Assembly: GCF_018977255.1 (NCBI RefSeq)
Contig: NW_024704743.1
Location: 86,678,001 to 86,742,000 of the forward strand
Reading direction: 5' to 3'
Source: Callorhinchus milii
Lineage: Eukaryota
Length of the DNA stretch: 64,000 nt
Part shown: piece by piece, positions 25,145 through 38,910 of the stretch
Numbering within the stretch: the first letter of the stretch is position 1
Layout: the number at the start of each line of letters is the position of its first letter
Made by a program: the position numbers and the translations under genes
Notes under the pieces: model-generated
Told to the model about the DNA's origin: nothing
The model's database searches: none
The model's input: the letters and a program-made list of their open reading frames with translations, nothing else

Positions 25145-27122
25145 ATATGCTTCTATTTCCTCTGCTAAATCCTCGTTCTACTCCAAAACAATCTTGGAAG
25201 CCAAGGACAACCCCAGGCTGCTCTTCTCCATCAACAACCAGCTCCTCCTCCCATCCTCTCATGCCTCGCTCATGCTCACTTTCAATGCCAATTGTTAGGC
25301 GATGCTGGATTTGCTCGAATCCAAAGTCGAGAGGATCTGCTCAGCTGCATCTGCCCTTCCGTCTGCTACATCCTCCCAATCTCCCCCTCACACCGCAGCC
25401 CCTAACCATCCTTCCTTCTATACCTTCGAACCTGTCTCCCACTCCTCTCTCACCATCTCTATAACCCTCATCAAACCAACCACCTGCTCCCTCGACCCCA
25501 TCCCTCCCCCTCTCCTTACCTCCCAGCTCCACCTCCTTACCCCTTTACTCACAGATATCATAAACCTCTCCCTGTCCACTGGTACTGTTCCCACCCCATT
25601 AAAAACCCCATCTCCAACCTCCCTTTCCTCTCCAAGGTCCTGGAAAGAGTTGTTGCTTCACTCTTTCCTCTTCCGCCACTTCCCTTCACAAACCGTTCCA
25701 ATTGGGTTTCCGTGCCACCCACAGCACAGAAACAGCCCAGGGCAAAATGACAAATCACATTCTGTCCATCTGCGACCAGGGCTCCTTCTGCCTCCCCATC
25801 TTCCTTGACCTCTTTGCTGCCTTCAACACCGTCGCCCACTCTATCCTCATCCATTGCCTCTCCTTTCACTTCAACCTTCACGGCTCTGTCCTTGACTGGT
25901 TCAGATCGTACCTTTCACACCGCCTCCACTTCATCTCCACAAACACTTTCTCCTCTAGCCCCCGCCACCGTCTTGTGTGGCTTTTCTCAGGGCTCTGTCC
26001 TCAGTTCCCCCCTCTTCAATGTCTATATACTCATCTTGGTGACATCATCTTCAGAAATGGGGTCAACTTCCACATGTGTGCAGTTGACACCCAACTGTAC
26101 CTCTCTGCCTCCTGCCTTGATTCCAGGGTCACTGCTGTCCTGACAGAATGTCTGTCAGACATCAAGTCCTGGATGAGAGCTCATTTTCTTCAGTTGAATG
26201 TCAACAAGACCGAGGCTCTCCTGATTGGCTTCCGTCAGCGCCTCCTCACCTCAGTCACTGACAGCATCACCATCCATGGATGCACACTCCACCTCACTGA
26301 GCCAGTCCGGAACCTTGGCATCTTATTTGACCCTCAACTATCCTTTGGGACGTCCTCCTGACGTGAAAGGCGCTCTATAAATGGAATCTTGTTGTTGTTG
26401 TTGTTGTTTCTACCCCACATCTGTGCCATGACCCACTCTGCCTTCCCCCACCTTCGCAACATCGCCCGGCTCCGCTATTCTTTCATATTGCAGTCCACCG
26501 AAACCCTCATACATGCTTTCGTGTATATTATTATAGACTATGCAAACTCCCTGCTTGTCAGCCTCCCCAACTCCTCCGTCCATAGGCTGCAGATCATCCA
26601 GAACTCTGCAGCCGGTGTTCTCTCCCGCAACAGGCTCCGTGACCCTATCACCCCCATCCTTGCCCGACTCCACTGGCTCCCCTTCACTCAGAGGATACAG
26701 TTCAAGATCCTGGTCCTCACCTTCAAAGCCCTTCATGTTCTTGCTCCCCCCTACCTCTGTGATCTCCTAAACCCCTACCATCCTGCTCGCTCACTCCGCT
26801 CAGTGGGCTCCAGCCTGCTTCACGTCCCGTGCCTCCTTCGCTTCACTATTGGCCGGCGGGCCTTCTGCCACTCCACCCCCTCTCTGGAATTGCATCCCTC
26901 AGCCCCTCTGCCTCATCCCCTCCCTTGCCCTCTTTAAGACCCATCTCAAGACCCTCCCCTTCCACAGTGCTTTTGATCACCCTACTTCCCCCCCCCACCC
27001 CACCCTCCACCCTCCCCAATCCCGACCCCCAGTTCTTGACCGAAACTCTGACTGTCCAGCGACTTAGGACATCTTCCTGGTGTGAGACGCGCTATACAAA
27101 TTTTATTTTGCTGCTGCTGTTG
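25145..27122 (+). mobile_element. 5'-truncated degenerate L2 LINE (RT region to tail) with a short L2 tail inserted at 26347-26406
   Basis: ORF fragments GFRATHSTETA, VDTQLYLS and IQFKILVLTFKALH; colinear with the 51848-54737 copy; ends in an L2 tail. Confidence 0.93.
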
Positions 27123-28904
27123 TTAAATGTGTGAGGTTGACTCACCTATAAGGCTGTGGGTTCAAGTCCCACCTCAGGACTTTGAACTCACAATCTAGGT
27201 TGGCCCTCTAATTCAGTGTTGGGGGTGTGCTCCATTGTCAGAAGTGCCATGCTTCAGATGCGACTTTAAACAGATGTTCTATCTGCCTGAGGAGGTAGAT
27301 GTTAAAGATCCCAGTAAACTATTCGAAAAGTAAAAGGAGTGTCTCTAAAATTGGTCATTCACTTGACCACTGTTTGTGGGGCAATGCTTTGCATAGATTG
27401 GCTGCAGGTCCATCAACAAATACACAGTCATTACACTTTACAGGTAAATTCTGTGAAGTGCTTTAAGACATCTTTAAAACATGTTAAGATGCTATGCCAA
27501 ATGCAAGGATTACTATAATTATTATAAATGGGGAAGGAAGAAGATGGGTCTCATAGGTCTCCCTGATCCCAGCTGCTGAATCTAAATTGATATATTGGCG
27601 ACAGTTTTCTGATCTAAGCAGTTCTGTCTCTTTTTTGGATAGAGGCATATGGGCTTTGATTGTGTCATTACAAATACACAGTCACTACACTTGACACAAT
27701 TCCTTTGAAGTGCTTGAGATGATTAAAAATTATGGGCACTATCTCAAATACAAAGATTGTTATTATTACTATATTGGGACTGAGTTTGAAAGTGAGAGGT
27801 ATGGAGAATTAAAGCTGGTCTCACTAGTCTAGCCATTGCTTGTTGATGTTCCAGTATCCTGACATGAACAGAATTTTCGATGTTCGTTTTTGTCTGATAG
27901 ATATTTCAGTTTCTCCAAACACTGTCTCTACAAGCCACAGACTGTTCCTTTTCATTTATTTTTTTAATGTGAGACAGCAGAATATGAGACACAGATAACA
28001 GCTGAAGTTTATATATCTATTGCAATGTAAAAGTAAACAGCCACCTCGGTTTAAGAATAATGGATATCTGGGGTAATTACTTCGAAAATAATGGATATAT
28101 GGGAGTGATTGCAGAGAAAGATAGATTACCTACCTAGTCAGTGTGTTTTTCATTCTTCCAATGGTTTGATCCTCCGCAAATTGCTACAATCAGGTTACTA
28201 GCCGGGTGAATTGAGTGAGAGTGATGTACTTTTAAGACTTTCTTTTTGTGGAGGATACTGATGATGTGAGGGACAGAGGTGTCAATCACCCAATCTCTCT
28301 GTTCCTCATTATGTAAAAACATACTCCTCCTCACCTTCATGAGTTATTTGTTCCAGGAGAAGTGATATTTCCCTCAATACAAAGAAGCAGCAACCTTGTA
28401 ATATTAGATAGACAGAATCACTACTCTTATTTCCTGCTGGTTTTAAGACAATTTGACACCTCTAAAGTTCATAGATTCTTTGTTCAGTCATTCTGCAAGT
28501 GAAGCTCAAAGAGTTCTCTTTCTTCATAAAGGAAGACGCTGCTCTTTTCACCCTTGACAAAATGCCATGTTTTGGAGTCTACTTTCATAGGATCAAGGTA
28601 ACAGTCTAGAGCAGATGCTTTGGAAGTGCATTTGGATTGCCATAAAACAGTGGTGAAAATTCTGGAGACTCCCAGTAACATCTGCAGTGCTGACAACTTA
28701 GAAACCACCACAGGCTATGAGCATAACCTGTCAATAGCAGCATATAATACCTAGCGAGAGGTCTCTACACAGTTCAATAAGAAAAAAAAGTGTATCTCAC
28801 TTTTCATGTGAAAGAATGTCACAGAACACTTCACAAAAGTGTAATGGTGGATAATGAGCAGGAAATACCTGATTTATAAATGTTGACTAAAGGCATGGTT
28901 GAAG

Positions 28905-29132
28905 ATATACGCTTCCCTTCGCCTTGCTTTCTCCCTTGCTTCCTTCAAGGCCGGTCTCAAGATCCTTCTCTGCGATCGTGCCTTTGGTCGCCCTCCCACC
29001 TCTCTGCCTTCCCTCACCCCTACACCACCCCTCCCCCATGCTCGGGCCCCGACACCTGACTGTTCAGCACTTTGGGACGTCCTCCCGCCGTGAAAGGCGC
29101 TCTATAAATGTCATTTTGTTGTTTGTTGTTGT
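28905..29132 (+). mobile_element. L2 3' tail fragment
   Basis: SFKAGLKILL remnant plus L2 tail. Confidence 0.85.
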
Positions 29133-31299
29133 TTTAAGTATGTTTTGTAGGCAGGGAGAGAGGTAGCAATGCAAAGTAGTTTTGGGTTCCACCACACCAT
29201 TGTACAGCGCTCTGAGACAACACTATCCTGTGAGAAAGGAGCTATATCTGTTGTTTTTGTTGGAAAAGATACGGTTATGTTGACAAACAACTGGAGAGCT
29301 CTACTTTCTTGAAGAAATTTGCTGGAAAAAAGTTGGGATTTAATTATGATTGGACTTTCAGAGCACAGGTTCTTTGGTAACCAATGTGGAGTTTAGTTCA
29401 GAGAGAGATCATTGCTCAAATCCAGGCAGCATTGAGCCAGTGTAGATTCTGGAAACTGCAGATCAAAGATCTAGCAAGGCCCTTTGATAATTTGGCTACA
29501 ACGTTCAGTACTCCAATAACATAGTTAGCAATCTTAAATTACCTCACAAGTTCTCGGTCTTTCCCTGAATGGTTTTACAATCACAGGGTTTCCAATGCAT
29601 TGTTGAGCTACATAGTGAAAGTAGTACAATTGGCTTCAGGCATTTAGAATAGTATTTAAATCAATTAATTGTATTTTTTGACAACATAAAAATCTTTAGT
29701 AAATTCAAAACATTCCTTCAGCGTTGCCATTTATCCCCCAACCCACATGCCAATTTATTATCTGCTGATGCCCAGGGACAGATATGCTTTTGTACAATGT
29801 GGGAGTCACAGTCACGTGAATGAGAAGTCACCTGATGCACAATATCAAAACAAATTTAAAGAGATAATATAGCTTTTGATATTCTCACCATTGGATACAT
29901 AGGTTTATCAACTGGAGGTTATGAATGGAGAAAACTTAATATCTGAGCGGGATTACATACAGAATAATGGCAATCTAGAATTAATGATTTGGAGATACCT
30001 TCGAATAAGTTTTGTGGTTTGATTTATTGTCAGGCTTCCAATCAATGCATTTGGATGATGTGAAGTCGAGAAGGATCTGAATGCAGAAGTTTGGGGTTCT
30101 AAAATCTGGCGTTTGTATTCTGTAAGGTAATTAGTTATGACTTACTGTTTGCAACAACAACAATTTACATTTATATAATAATAATCCTTACATTTGGTAT
30201 AGCGCCTTTCATCTTCTGAGGATGTCTCAAAGTGCTTCAGCTAACTGGAAGCCTGAGCAGGGGGAGGGAAAGATTACCAAAACCATATATTATGGCTGAA
30301 AAAAGTATTACAAAATGCTACCTTGAATGCAAACAAAGATTGTTTCATGGCTGGTGCTTTGCTTTCTCACCTTTTGTCTACATTTTGGACCTTTTCTCAG
30401 CTGACAAACGGTCACATATAAAACGCATGTTGCAAAATGGCAATTGACAGTGTTCAGCATCACAACGTTTTGTCGTGGGCTTTTAGCCATTGTCAGAATT
30501 TCCGTCACAAAGCAAGCCACGATTAGCACGGCAACATCTGGCCTGCAAGTGACTGATTTTAAACCGCTGTATCCCTCCTTTGAAATCAGCACTTGTTTTG
30601 GATTTTAAAAAGAAATTATTGGGTAGGCTGCTTGTTTGGATCCATTGGTGGTCTCTGCAATCTGTGGTGGTCTCAGTAGTCTGATTTCTGACCCAGGAAG
30701 TAGTCTCCAGTACTTGAAGGAACAGTTAATCTCATCACAGCCCAACCAGCCTGGCTCATCTGCGTGGAGGAGCAGACCAGTCATGGATTGCAGGGATCTT
30801 CCCATTCGGCTCTTGTTACCCCTTAAAGCCAGAGCCCTAACATGTAGGGTGGACCTCACTGAACAAGTGCGGGAGGCTCGTCAATGATCAAAGAGTTTGG
30901 GAGGTGGGATTAACACGGAGGTGGGATTCCACATCCATTAGACATCTGACTCGTAAAAAATATTGGGATTCGTTATTACTGTCTGTGTATTTCAGGTTGA
31001 CAGGTGATGTTCGCACAGCAGGATTAAGAACTTTGATAGCATTACAAAGATTTTATTGAGAAATAATTTTGTAGGTGATTACTAGGAACTTTTGCAGGCA
31101 GCATAAATTATACACATTTAAAAGGAAATTCACTTGTGTTGGAAGCAGTGTTAAATCCCAACCCGTGTAAATCCTATAAGAATTAAAACTAATCATCACA
31201 CTCCTGAATAACAACCCCCAACAAACAACCGTATGATTGTTATATGCAATGATTAGAAATGTCACTCTGCGCACAACAATGATACAAGCCCTATAAAAT

Positions 31300-32375
31300 C
31301 CTCTTGATTTATGGAATTTTTATTCCATCCATATACATGCATAGTAACAACATTGTTGAGAAATAATTTCTATCAGAAGTAGAACAATATTCATATTATC
31401 ACCAGTTGCAGTATTAGTGCTCCATTACTTACATTTCATCACCTCCAAAATGATTTTTTTGCCTTTTTATGTTTTCACAACAGCAATCCACAACTACTGA
31501 TCATTATCTTCAATAAAACACGGCAGAAAGGGTTCAACCTTATTTCAATACTGCTTCCAGTAATGTTGTTCATATTAAATATTGCATTTTACAGCAAATG
31601 TTTCAAAAGTGAGACAAAAGCGTCGGCAAGGAAAAGTACAGTACAGATTACTATACAAGAAAGTTAACAACTTCAATAAAACATACATAGCTCAGTTTAA
31701 GAAAGTGGATAGGAACAAACTGCTACATATATATCATCTTATGCAAAGCCTAATGATTACTGTATATGCTGATATATAAGCTGCAATTTTGGACTGAAAA
31801 TGTTGTATTAAATATGAAATGGAATTTGTACGAACTTCAGTAATTTTTTTTAAGGCCTACAATACCTTCTAACTTTGCAGTCTTAAAATGAATGCAACTT
31901 ATATTCTGGCATGTACAGGGAAGTTGCAACAAACACAGGGAAATTTGAATACACAAGTGCTTTATCTTAACCGGTTCATCTACAAATGCTGTCTCTACTC
32001 TGTATGTGATGCGGACCTCTCTCTTCTACTTTACAGTGCAAACCGTAATTGTTACACAAGATTAACTATACAATAATGTTAAAAATGATTTAATTATAAA
32101 CTTCTTTAAATAAAAATCAAAATTTAACCACAGCTATGAATACTGCTTGGAAAATAAATTAAATCCGGTGAAAAATGGCACTGATATTTCACATTTATAC
32201 TAAGACATATGAAGAGCATTAATGAAATGACAGACTAGCCTCCACCCCATTGAACTACACACCATTCCCTTGATTGTCCTGATGTAACTCAAGCAGCATT
32301 TTTTTTCCTTTTTATGTACAAACTATGCATGGCCACGAGTGTACTAGAGGCAGGTGTCATGCATGACAGTAACTT
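31300..32375 (-). other. ZFPM2: ZFPM2 3'UTR (approximate end)
   Basis: Repeat-free AU-rich sequence after the stop codon, with multiple miRNA seed matches, ending shortly after an AATAAA on the minus strand. Confidence 0.75.
31319..31324 (-). terminator. Candidate polyadenylation signal AATAAA (alternative distal one at 31052-31057)
   Basis: tttatt on the + strand, with GU/U-rich sequence further downstream on the minus strand (around 31210-31280). Confidence 0.6.
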
Positions 32376-34882
32376 TCATTTCACATGCTCTGCAGCATGT
32401 GATGAGCAGTAGAACTTCTTGTGGGTTATAAAGTTAGACAAGTTATTGAACTGAATATCACAGAGTCGGCAGTATTTCCCACTGGTTGTAGGCTGGACAG
32501 CACCGCCGACGGTTTTTGCTGCCTGGACTAACTGCTCCTCTAATGAAGCTCTAGCCGTGGGAGAGATGTTTTCATTTGCAGTGACAGGACTTTCAGATGT
32601 CCAAGGAGGAGATTCATGGCCATCTTCTTGCTGGACGCTCTGGGATGGGTTATCTTGATGCTGGTTGCCCGAGAAAGGCTTGTCTTCCTGCTTTATTCCT
32701 CCGTTGACTGCTATCATGCTCCTACCCTTCGGTAACGATGGGGCAGCCTCCTTCTTTTGCGGTGAGCAGCCGTTAGATACTGGCTGGTCTCTTGGAGGAT
32801 CAATTCTACCACGTGTACCTTGCACCAGCTCATCAATTTCACTGCGGATGAAAACAGCTCCCGAGATGTAGTCACTGGGTTTAATTCCATAATATGGAGA
32901 TATCTGCTCAACCCCGCTCAGTTTTTTTATTGCTCCTGGATAAAGGCAATGAGGGTATATTACACTTTTGTTTTCTTCTTTAGCGGAAAGGAACTGAGCT
33001 GCCTCGTTAAAAGCTTTCAGCCCGTGCAGGGCCGCTAGCTGAGATGGAAATATACTTCCATTTGGGGAGACGAGTTTGGAATTTCCATTTTTCTCACACT
33101 TCATCATATTTCTGTCATTGTTTCCTTCAGGACTGGTGGCTTCCCTTTTTACTGAACCGCTTTCCTGTTGCTGCTCTAGAAACTTTGTTCTCTCCACCTC
33201 CCCACGCTGGACTCCCATGCCTGGGCAAAAGTTTTGCTTGTGAGCAAGGTAATTTTCGACCTTGTTGAAACCAATCTTGCACACAGTACATTCATGGTAG
33301 TCTAGCAGCCTTTTAGGAGAAGACATCACTCTGTCCGATTGAGACGAACACTTTTTGCTCAAATCCATTGGAAGGTCCAGCTCCAAACTGGCCACTGCAG
33401 GTTGTGCTGTGTTGCATTTGACAACAGGCATGTTCCTCGTCCCTGGGAGAGAGGGTTCCATGTGTTTTGCAAGGAACACATCACACCTCTGGTGGGAGGC
33501 TTCTCCCAGATTCTCCATTGATTCTGTGGAAGGCGTTCCAGGGCTGCCCATGACGGATACATTAAGGAAAGCCTGCTGGACCATCTGTGTCCTCTGCTCC
33601 TGCTCTGGCAATGACATCTCGTACATCTTCCGCCGCTTGCGACTACGGATTGTCCTCTGCATGGCGGGAACCTTGTTTGCTGCCATTCGTTTCATTGGGG
33701 GATCGTGACGGGTGGCACAGTAGTACTGCTTATGCACAGCGAATGTTTCGTGCCTGCTAAACGTTATATTGCATTCTTGACAAGTAGTTTTGTTTGGATC
33801 ATTGGCATTCTCTGGTGTGGGAGTGCTGGGGCTGTTCATATCCTTGGACTTTCCATTGAGCCGCTCATCACCACTAACAGAAGGTGACTCTTTCTTCAAT
33901 TGTACTGGATTTTCATTGTCTGGAGATTTTCCATTGGAACCCACAGTATCTATAACTACAGAGGAGTTGATGCTGGTTGATTGGAGAAGTGGGTTTTCTG
34001 GCTCTGGGAGATGACAAAGGGCACTATGAATGCTGATTGGGCTGTGCCCACTATTGGGGCTTACTGTCTCTGGTACCTTCTCAGTGGTATTGCTGAAGTC
34101 TTGTGACTTTGTCACATGTTGCCATCGAGTGCTACAGTAGTGCTTTTTGTGGACCAAATAGTTGTCCAAGTTATTGAAAGTGATATTGCACTCAAAGCAA
34201 GTGGCCCCCTTAGGTACCAGGGGGCTGTAAATAACTGGTGGATAGTTGCCTCCTCCTTGTCTTAGCCTGCGGTGTACCAGTTCTGACATTTTAGCTAGGA
34301 TTTCTGAAGCCTGAGGAACCATGGCAATATCCTGGGAGAGGGCAAACTGAGAAAGGAAAGGACTCATTGGAAGAGTTGATCCTATGTTGGGTTGAATTGG
34401 AGATGAAGCAAGCCTTGGGCTGGACGGTTCGGATTTGATTCTGGCAAATGGAAAGCTCTGTCTGTTTGCTGCAGACTGGGTTTCACTCTTCTGGTTTGTC
34501 AAACCCAACTGTGTGCTTTTCTCCACCTTTTCTCCCTCTGTGTCAGAGTTGCCCTCCTTGCTCTGTCCAGGACTTGGCATCACTTCCTGTCTGTTCGCTG
34601 CATCTGTTCCTATTGGCTGAAAAGCTTCATCATTATCGTGGGGCGAGTGTTCAGTTTCGCTCTTCCTCCGGAGTCTCCTGCTTTGGCTGTGGTGCAGTTC
34701 TTTGTGGTGCAGCAGCTCCCTGTGACTCTGGAAACCAAAGTGGCAATGACTGCATTTGAAGGCAGCGGGCGTGAGGTGCGTGAGGACGTGGTGTTGGAAG
34801 CTAAGGACGTTTTCCGCTATGAATTCACAGATGGTACATTTCAAGTTGGCACCAGCAGGAAAGGACTCTTCGACTTTCAAAC
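32376..34882 (-). CDS. ZFPM2: ZFPM2/FOG2 terminal coding exon (human exon 8 equivalent): zinc fingers 3-8, RKRRK NLS, PxDLS CtBP motif
   Basis: The 834-aa ORF matches FOG2 hallmarks: [51 protein letters not shown] and the C-terminus [33 protein letters not shown]. Acceptor cag|GT TTG AAA at 34883/34882 (phase 1). TGA stop at 32376-32378. Confidence 0.98.
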
Positions 34883-35287
34883 CTGTTCAGAGAGAAAACA
34901 TTTTCACTACTGAAGTTCCATTATGCTGGGATTTGCAATGGAGGGTATCTAATAATAATCTAACAATAAACCAGTCCCATATTCTGTAAAGTTTGTCATT
35001 AGTACTCTACATTTGTTTCCTTTAACAATAAAGGGATCCAATTTTACACTGACGACATACATAATGCAAGAAACAAATGTCATCTGTGGAACGTAGTTAA
35101 TGCAAAAGTTAGTTTCCATGTGTACATGAAAACTTTTGCATTAATAAATTGCTTTTACATTTATATTTTTGTAATTCTTTTTCAATGTTTTTGACTGCTA
35201 ATCTTCGCCCTATGGCCCTGATGTGATTCCCCCTTCCAATTTCCCCTCCTCTCCCCTCAATGAAACATAGTGCAGCCTCTAGTAAGC

Positions 35288-35513
35288 ATGGACTAAGTGA
35301 ATAGAGAAGGACTGAAATCTGCGTAATTCCTTAAAAAATAATAATAAATTGGTCAATCCACGACTGTTTGTGGAACACTGCTGTGCGCAATTGGCTGTCA
35401 CATTTCGCCCACATAATATACAGTCAATTCACTTTACAGTATATTTCGCATTGCGCTTTGAGACGTTTTGAAGACGTGATAAGGCGCTATATCAAATGCA
35501 AGGATTATTATTA
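35288..35513 (+). mobile_element. SINE 3' half (variant also present at 47340-47577 on the minus strand)
   Basis: Shared segment gagaaggactgaaatctgcgtaattcctt plus the common SINE tail. Confidence 0.8.
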
Positions 35514-38500
35514 ATATTCCTGCTCCCATACTCTGCTAGCTCTGTGCAAGTCTTGAGGTATTATTGGTACACCTCAAGATTAGCATTGTTTGCTAGAATA
35601 GGTTAAATGAAGAAAGTGACAGTCTTCCTGCCACAAAGTGCTTTTGAAATACTTTAGATCCATTTAGCCGAGAAGCAGAACACTAACACTACAGACAACA
35701 GTTGAAGCAAAATTTAAAAAGGTATTTAAATGGAAACATTTTGAAGAATACTCAATAAAATAATGGAGAAATAGCAATGGAGAATGAGATTATAGAAGAT
35801 AATTGCAGCGGGTGAGGATGGGAACTGATATCGGCACAACATGATGAGCTCAGCGGTCACCTTCCATGCTGTAAACTTTTTATGAGTCTACACAAATTTT
35901 GTTTGTCTACCCTTTTGTGGGGTCCGCAGTTGGACCGCAGTTGGGCAAACATGGCTCTTGGGGATTGAGAAAGTAGTTCTGTACCCAAAACATTTATTTA
36001 TTCAAAATTCTATTACATTAAGAAATGAACTGAGGATTAATATATTTCCCAAATAAATTTCTTCCTTGTAATATATACAAGGCGCTGAACAATTCAGTAA
36101 CACATTGCAAAAAGAAATACCAGTCTCAAATAGTTTTTTTGTAATGCAATATTGCACTATAGCATAGACTTTAGGCTCAATGCTAATATGCTTCCCTTCA
36201 ACTTGTCACATGGTACAAACTTCACCACAGAGGAATTTGCACATAAGGGAAGAAAAAAAGGTCCACAATCTTTTATTGCACCGACTGACCAAGCAGAATT
36301 GTTTATATTATATAAAATAATAGGTGGCTAGGATGACCTTTCAGGACTTTAATGCAAGCTTAGGGTTCAGATGATGCAAACAAGACACTTTAGGTTCACT
36401 CTTGTGCAACTTAACCCCCCATCCCCAAAGCCATTTGTTGAATGATAAGGCATCCCCAGCAGTGAAAAGGTATATATAGACAGAAAGAGAGCAGTGCCTT
36501 TGAACAGAAACTAATTTCTGTGGAGGTTATCTGACACTAAGCATACGTCTACTTTAAAGACGGCAAATGACCTTCATTGCTTAAATGGTTAAAGGCCAGT
36601 TAAGAGGATTTCAATTTTGAAAGTAGGCAACAAGAAGAGATACTATCTTTGTGACAGTAGCTTTTATTCAAAACATTTCTGTTTCTAAACACACCATTTT
36701 GCATATATAAATTTGGCAATGAAAACATTTTAAAATTTCAGTACAACATAGTCAGACAAAGTGCTTCCAGTCCTCAAGTGGAACAGAATTCTGCCTTACT
36801 CTCGTGCATAAACAAAAGCCTGACTTTTTTATTTTAAAAAATGTACAAACACAAAAAAATACATTTTTTTTCACTTGAAAATTCTAATAAACTTAGGTCT
36901 GAAGGTTTAACACTCCAAAGAATAATTTTCTATTTATAATGAAACTAAAGATGTTGCCAATGACTTTAAAAGAGGAAAAAAGCATAACAATATTGACTTT
37001 GTTCCAAAGTTAGTGTTATCATTCTACCCTATTTTAGTTTACTTTTGAGAAGGTCAGACTTCATTTAAAAAAAATGATTTACATTCTCTCTCATCTCCTC
37101 TCTTAGATTCCCTGCTCTAACCCTGTCTGGAACTGAGCATGGATGGGAGACCGGCTTGAAACAATCTCCACTGAAGTTACTCTGTTGGCTGATGTGTGAG
37201 AAAGACCTGCGCATGTTTTCGACTCGCCATCTCTGAATGGGAAGTGAAAATCCACTTTGCCCCTAGGTCCAGGGACTTTGTCAACATGAGCTTAAAACAG
37301 GTAAATTCCCACCACTGTAATTTCACCCTCTATATATTGACCAACACAACTGAAATGAGCCAAATCGAGGATGTTTTTCCTGTAATTGGTAAAGTTGCAG
37401 ACCTCTGGTGGGCTAGCAATGCAAATCTCTTCTGTTTGATCAATGTGCCAACTTCGATGGTGAGAGCTTATAAAGAGGGAATCTTACTGGAACCAGACAC
37501 CACTCAGGTCAATCAATTTACTGACTAGAATTATACTCGCCTGCCAAGGTCGATAAATTTACCAACGCTCATAGAATCAACCTGTCAGCAACGTAGCAGG
37601 CTGCTTCCCACCACTGTGAGGTGCAATGCTCACCCCCCTACCCTCCAGTCTCTTCCCGTGAACTTTTGAAAGGTACAATCTTGCACTATCAACAAGCTCC
37701 TGATAAGTTTTACATTGTATTCATTTTGTATTCCTTGACAACCATCTGAACACTCAAAGACTCCAGAGAACAAAAAAAACAGACAACCGTTAAAAATTGT
37801 TTCTTTTAAAAAATCACTGCAAGGCTTTTAAATTTACTCGTCATGGCACCAACATGTGATAGAAAGGTCAACTCAGACGTCTTGCAGTAAGCCCATTTAT
37901 ATTTGTAGTACATTAAAGATATTCAGTCAAATTTACATCCTGCTGTATTTGCTCTGCTATCCTATCACGGCCCCATCTATGTGCTCGCAGCTATTGTGTT
38001 CCACAGTCACTGGCTGGTAGCTTGCCAAGTGCAAACCTCTGCAGAGAGCTAGTTAAACTTCAGCCATTACCCCCAACGCACACTATGGGGTCCCCAAGCC
38101 TTTCCTCTTGCCAACCTGCGGTCTAAGATCCTTTGAAATTTGGTAAGCAGGATGCATCCCTCTGACTGATATCACTTAACTCAGCACAGAGTGGGAATCA
38201 ACCCTAACTGACTGCTATCTGCAGTGTACATTTCACCGACTAGGAGGGTCTATCAGGGGAGCTAAGACAATAATTTTAGGGTGAGCCTCCCTTTTCTTTT
38301 ACTTGAAGGATCTCTCACATACAGCATCTGGTTTGGAAAAGCATCGGTGAGTGTTCGGGAGCAGGACACTCAGTTACAGCCAATGGAAAACACCCCAGTA
38401 GTTCAGGAATGTCCCTTCCTCTGGACTTCCCCCTGTGGCACCCCCTATATATTACTTAGTTTGACTTGACATATTTTGGGCTCGAAAGCTAAATAGTTGT

Positions 38501-38910
38501 ACCGTCACCAATGGCAATTAAGCAAAACTGCTCGTTTTTTAAAAAAACACACCGAGAACGAGCAGCTTAGCTGTGCAAATAATGTTTGCTGCACAATGGA
38601 CTTTGATTGAGGTAAGTTGGTGTTAATTTAAGTCGACTTATCTAACACATGCACATGTACTAATACCCTGATAAGACTTCAATGGGGATAGCGCAACTTC
38701 CACATTTAACACAAAGCTGCATTTTTAGGTGTGTTTCTGTAACGGCTGTTTTGTGATATGATGCCATCCAAATCATTTACTATCAGTGAGCGCTGTGATT
38801 GCAGTGTAACAGACTAGACCCATCTTCATAACTTGTAACTTTAAATTCCATTTTACAGATATTAGTGAATTGGTAATGCAAAATTCAAATTACTCCACTG
38901 TGACTCTTAC

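Noticed and set aside
24480..25640. Twin-primed (5'-inverted) single L2 insertion
   Set aside because: The two opposed pieces cover the same consensus interval and are clearly divergent, so they are independent insertions.
34878..34880. Start codon of the 834-aa ORF
   Set aside because: It is a TTG (Leu) just inside a splice acceptor; the ORF is the last exon of a spliced gene, not a standalone gene.
32665..34989. Many plus-strand ORFs overlapping the large exon
   Set aside because: Short antisense shadows of the GC-richer coding exon with no recognisable domains; no sequence evidence for an antisense gene.
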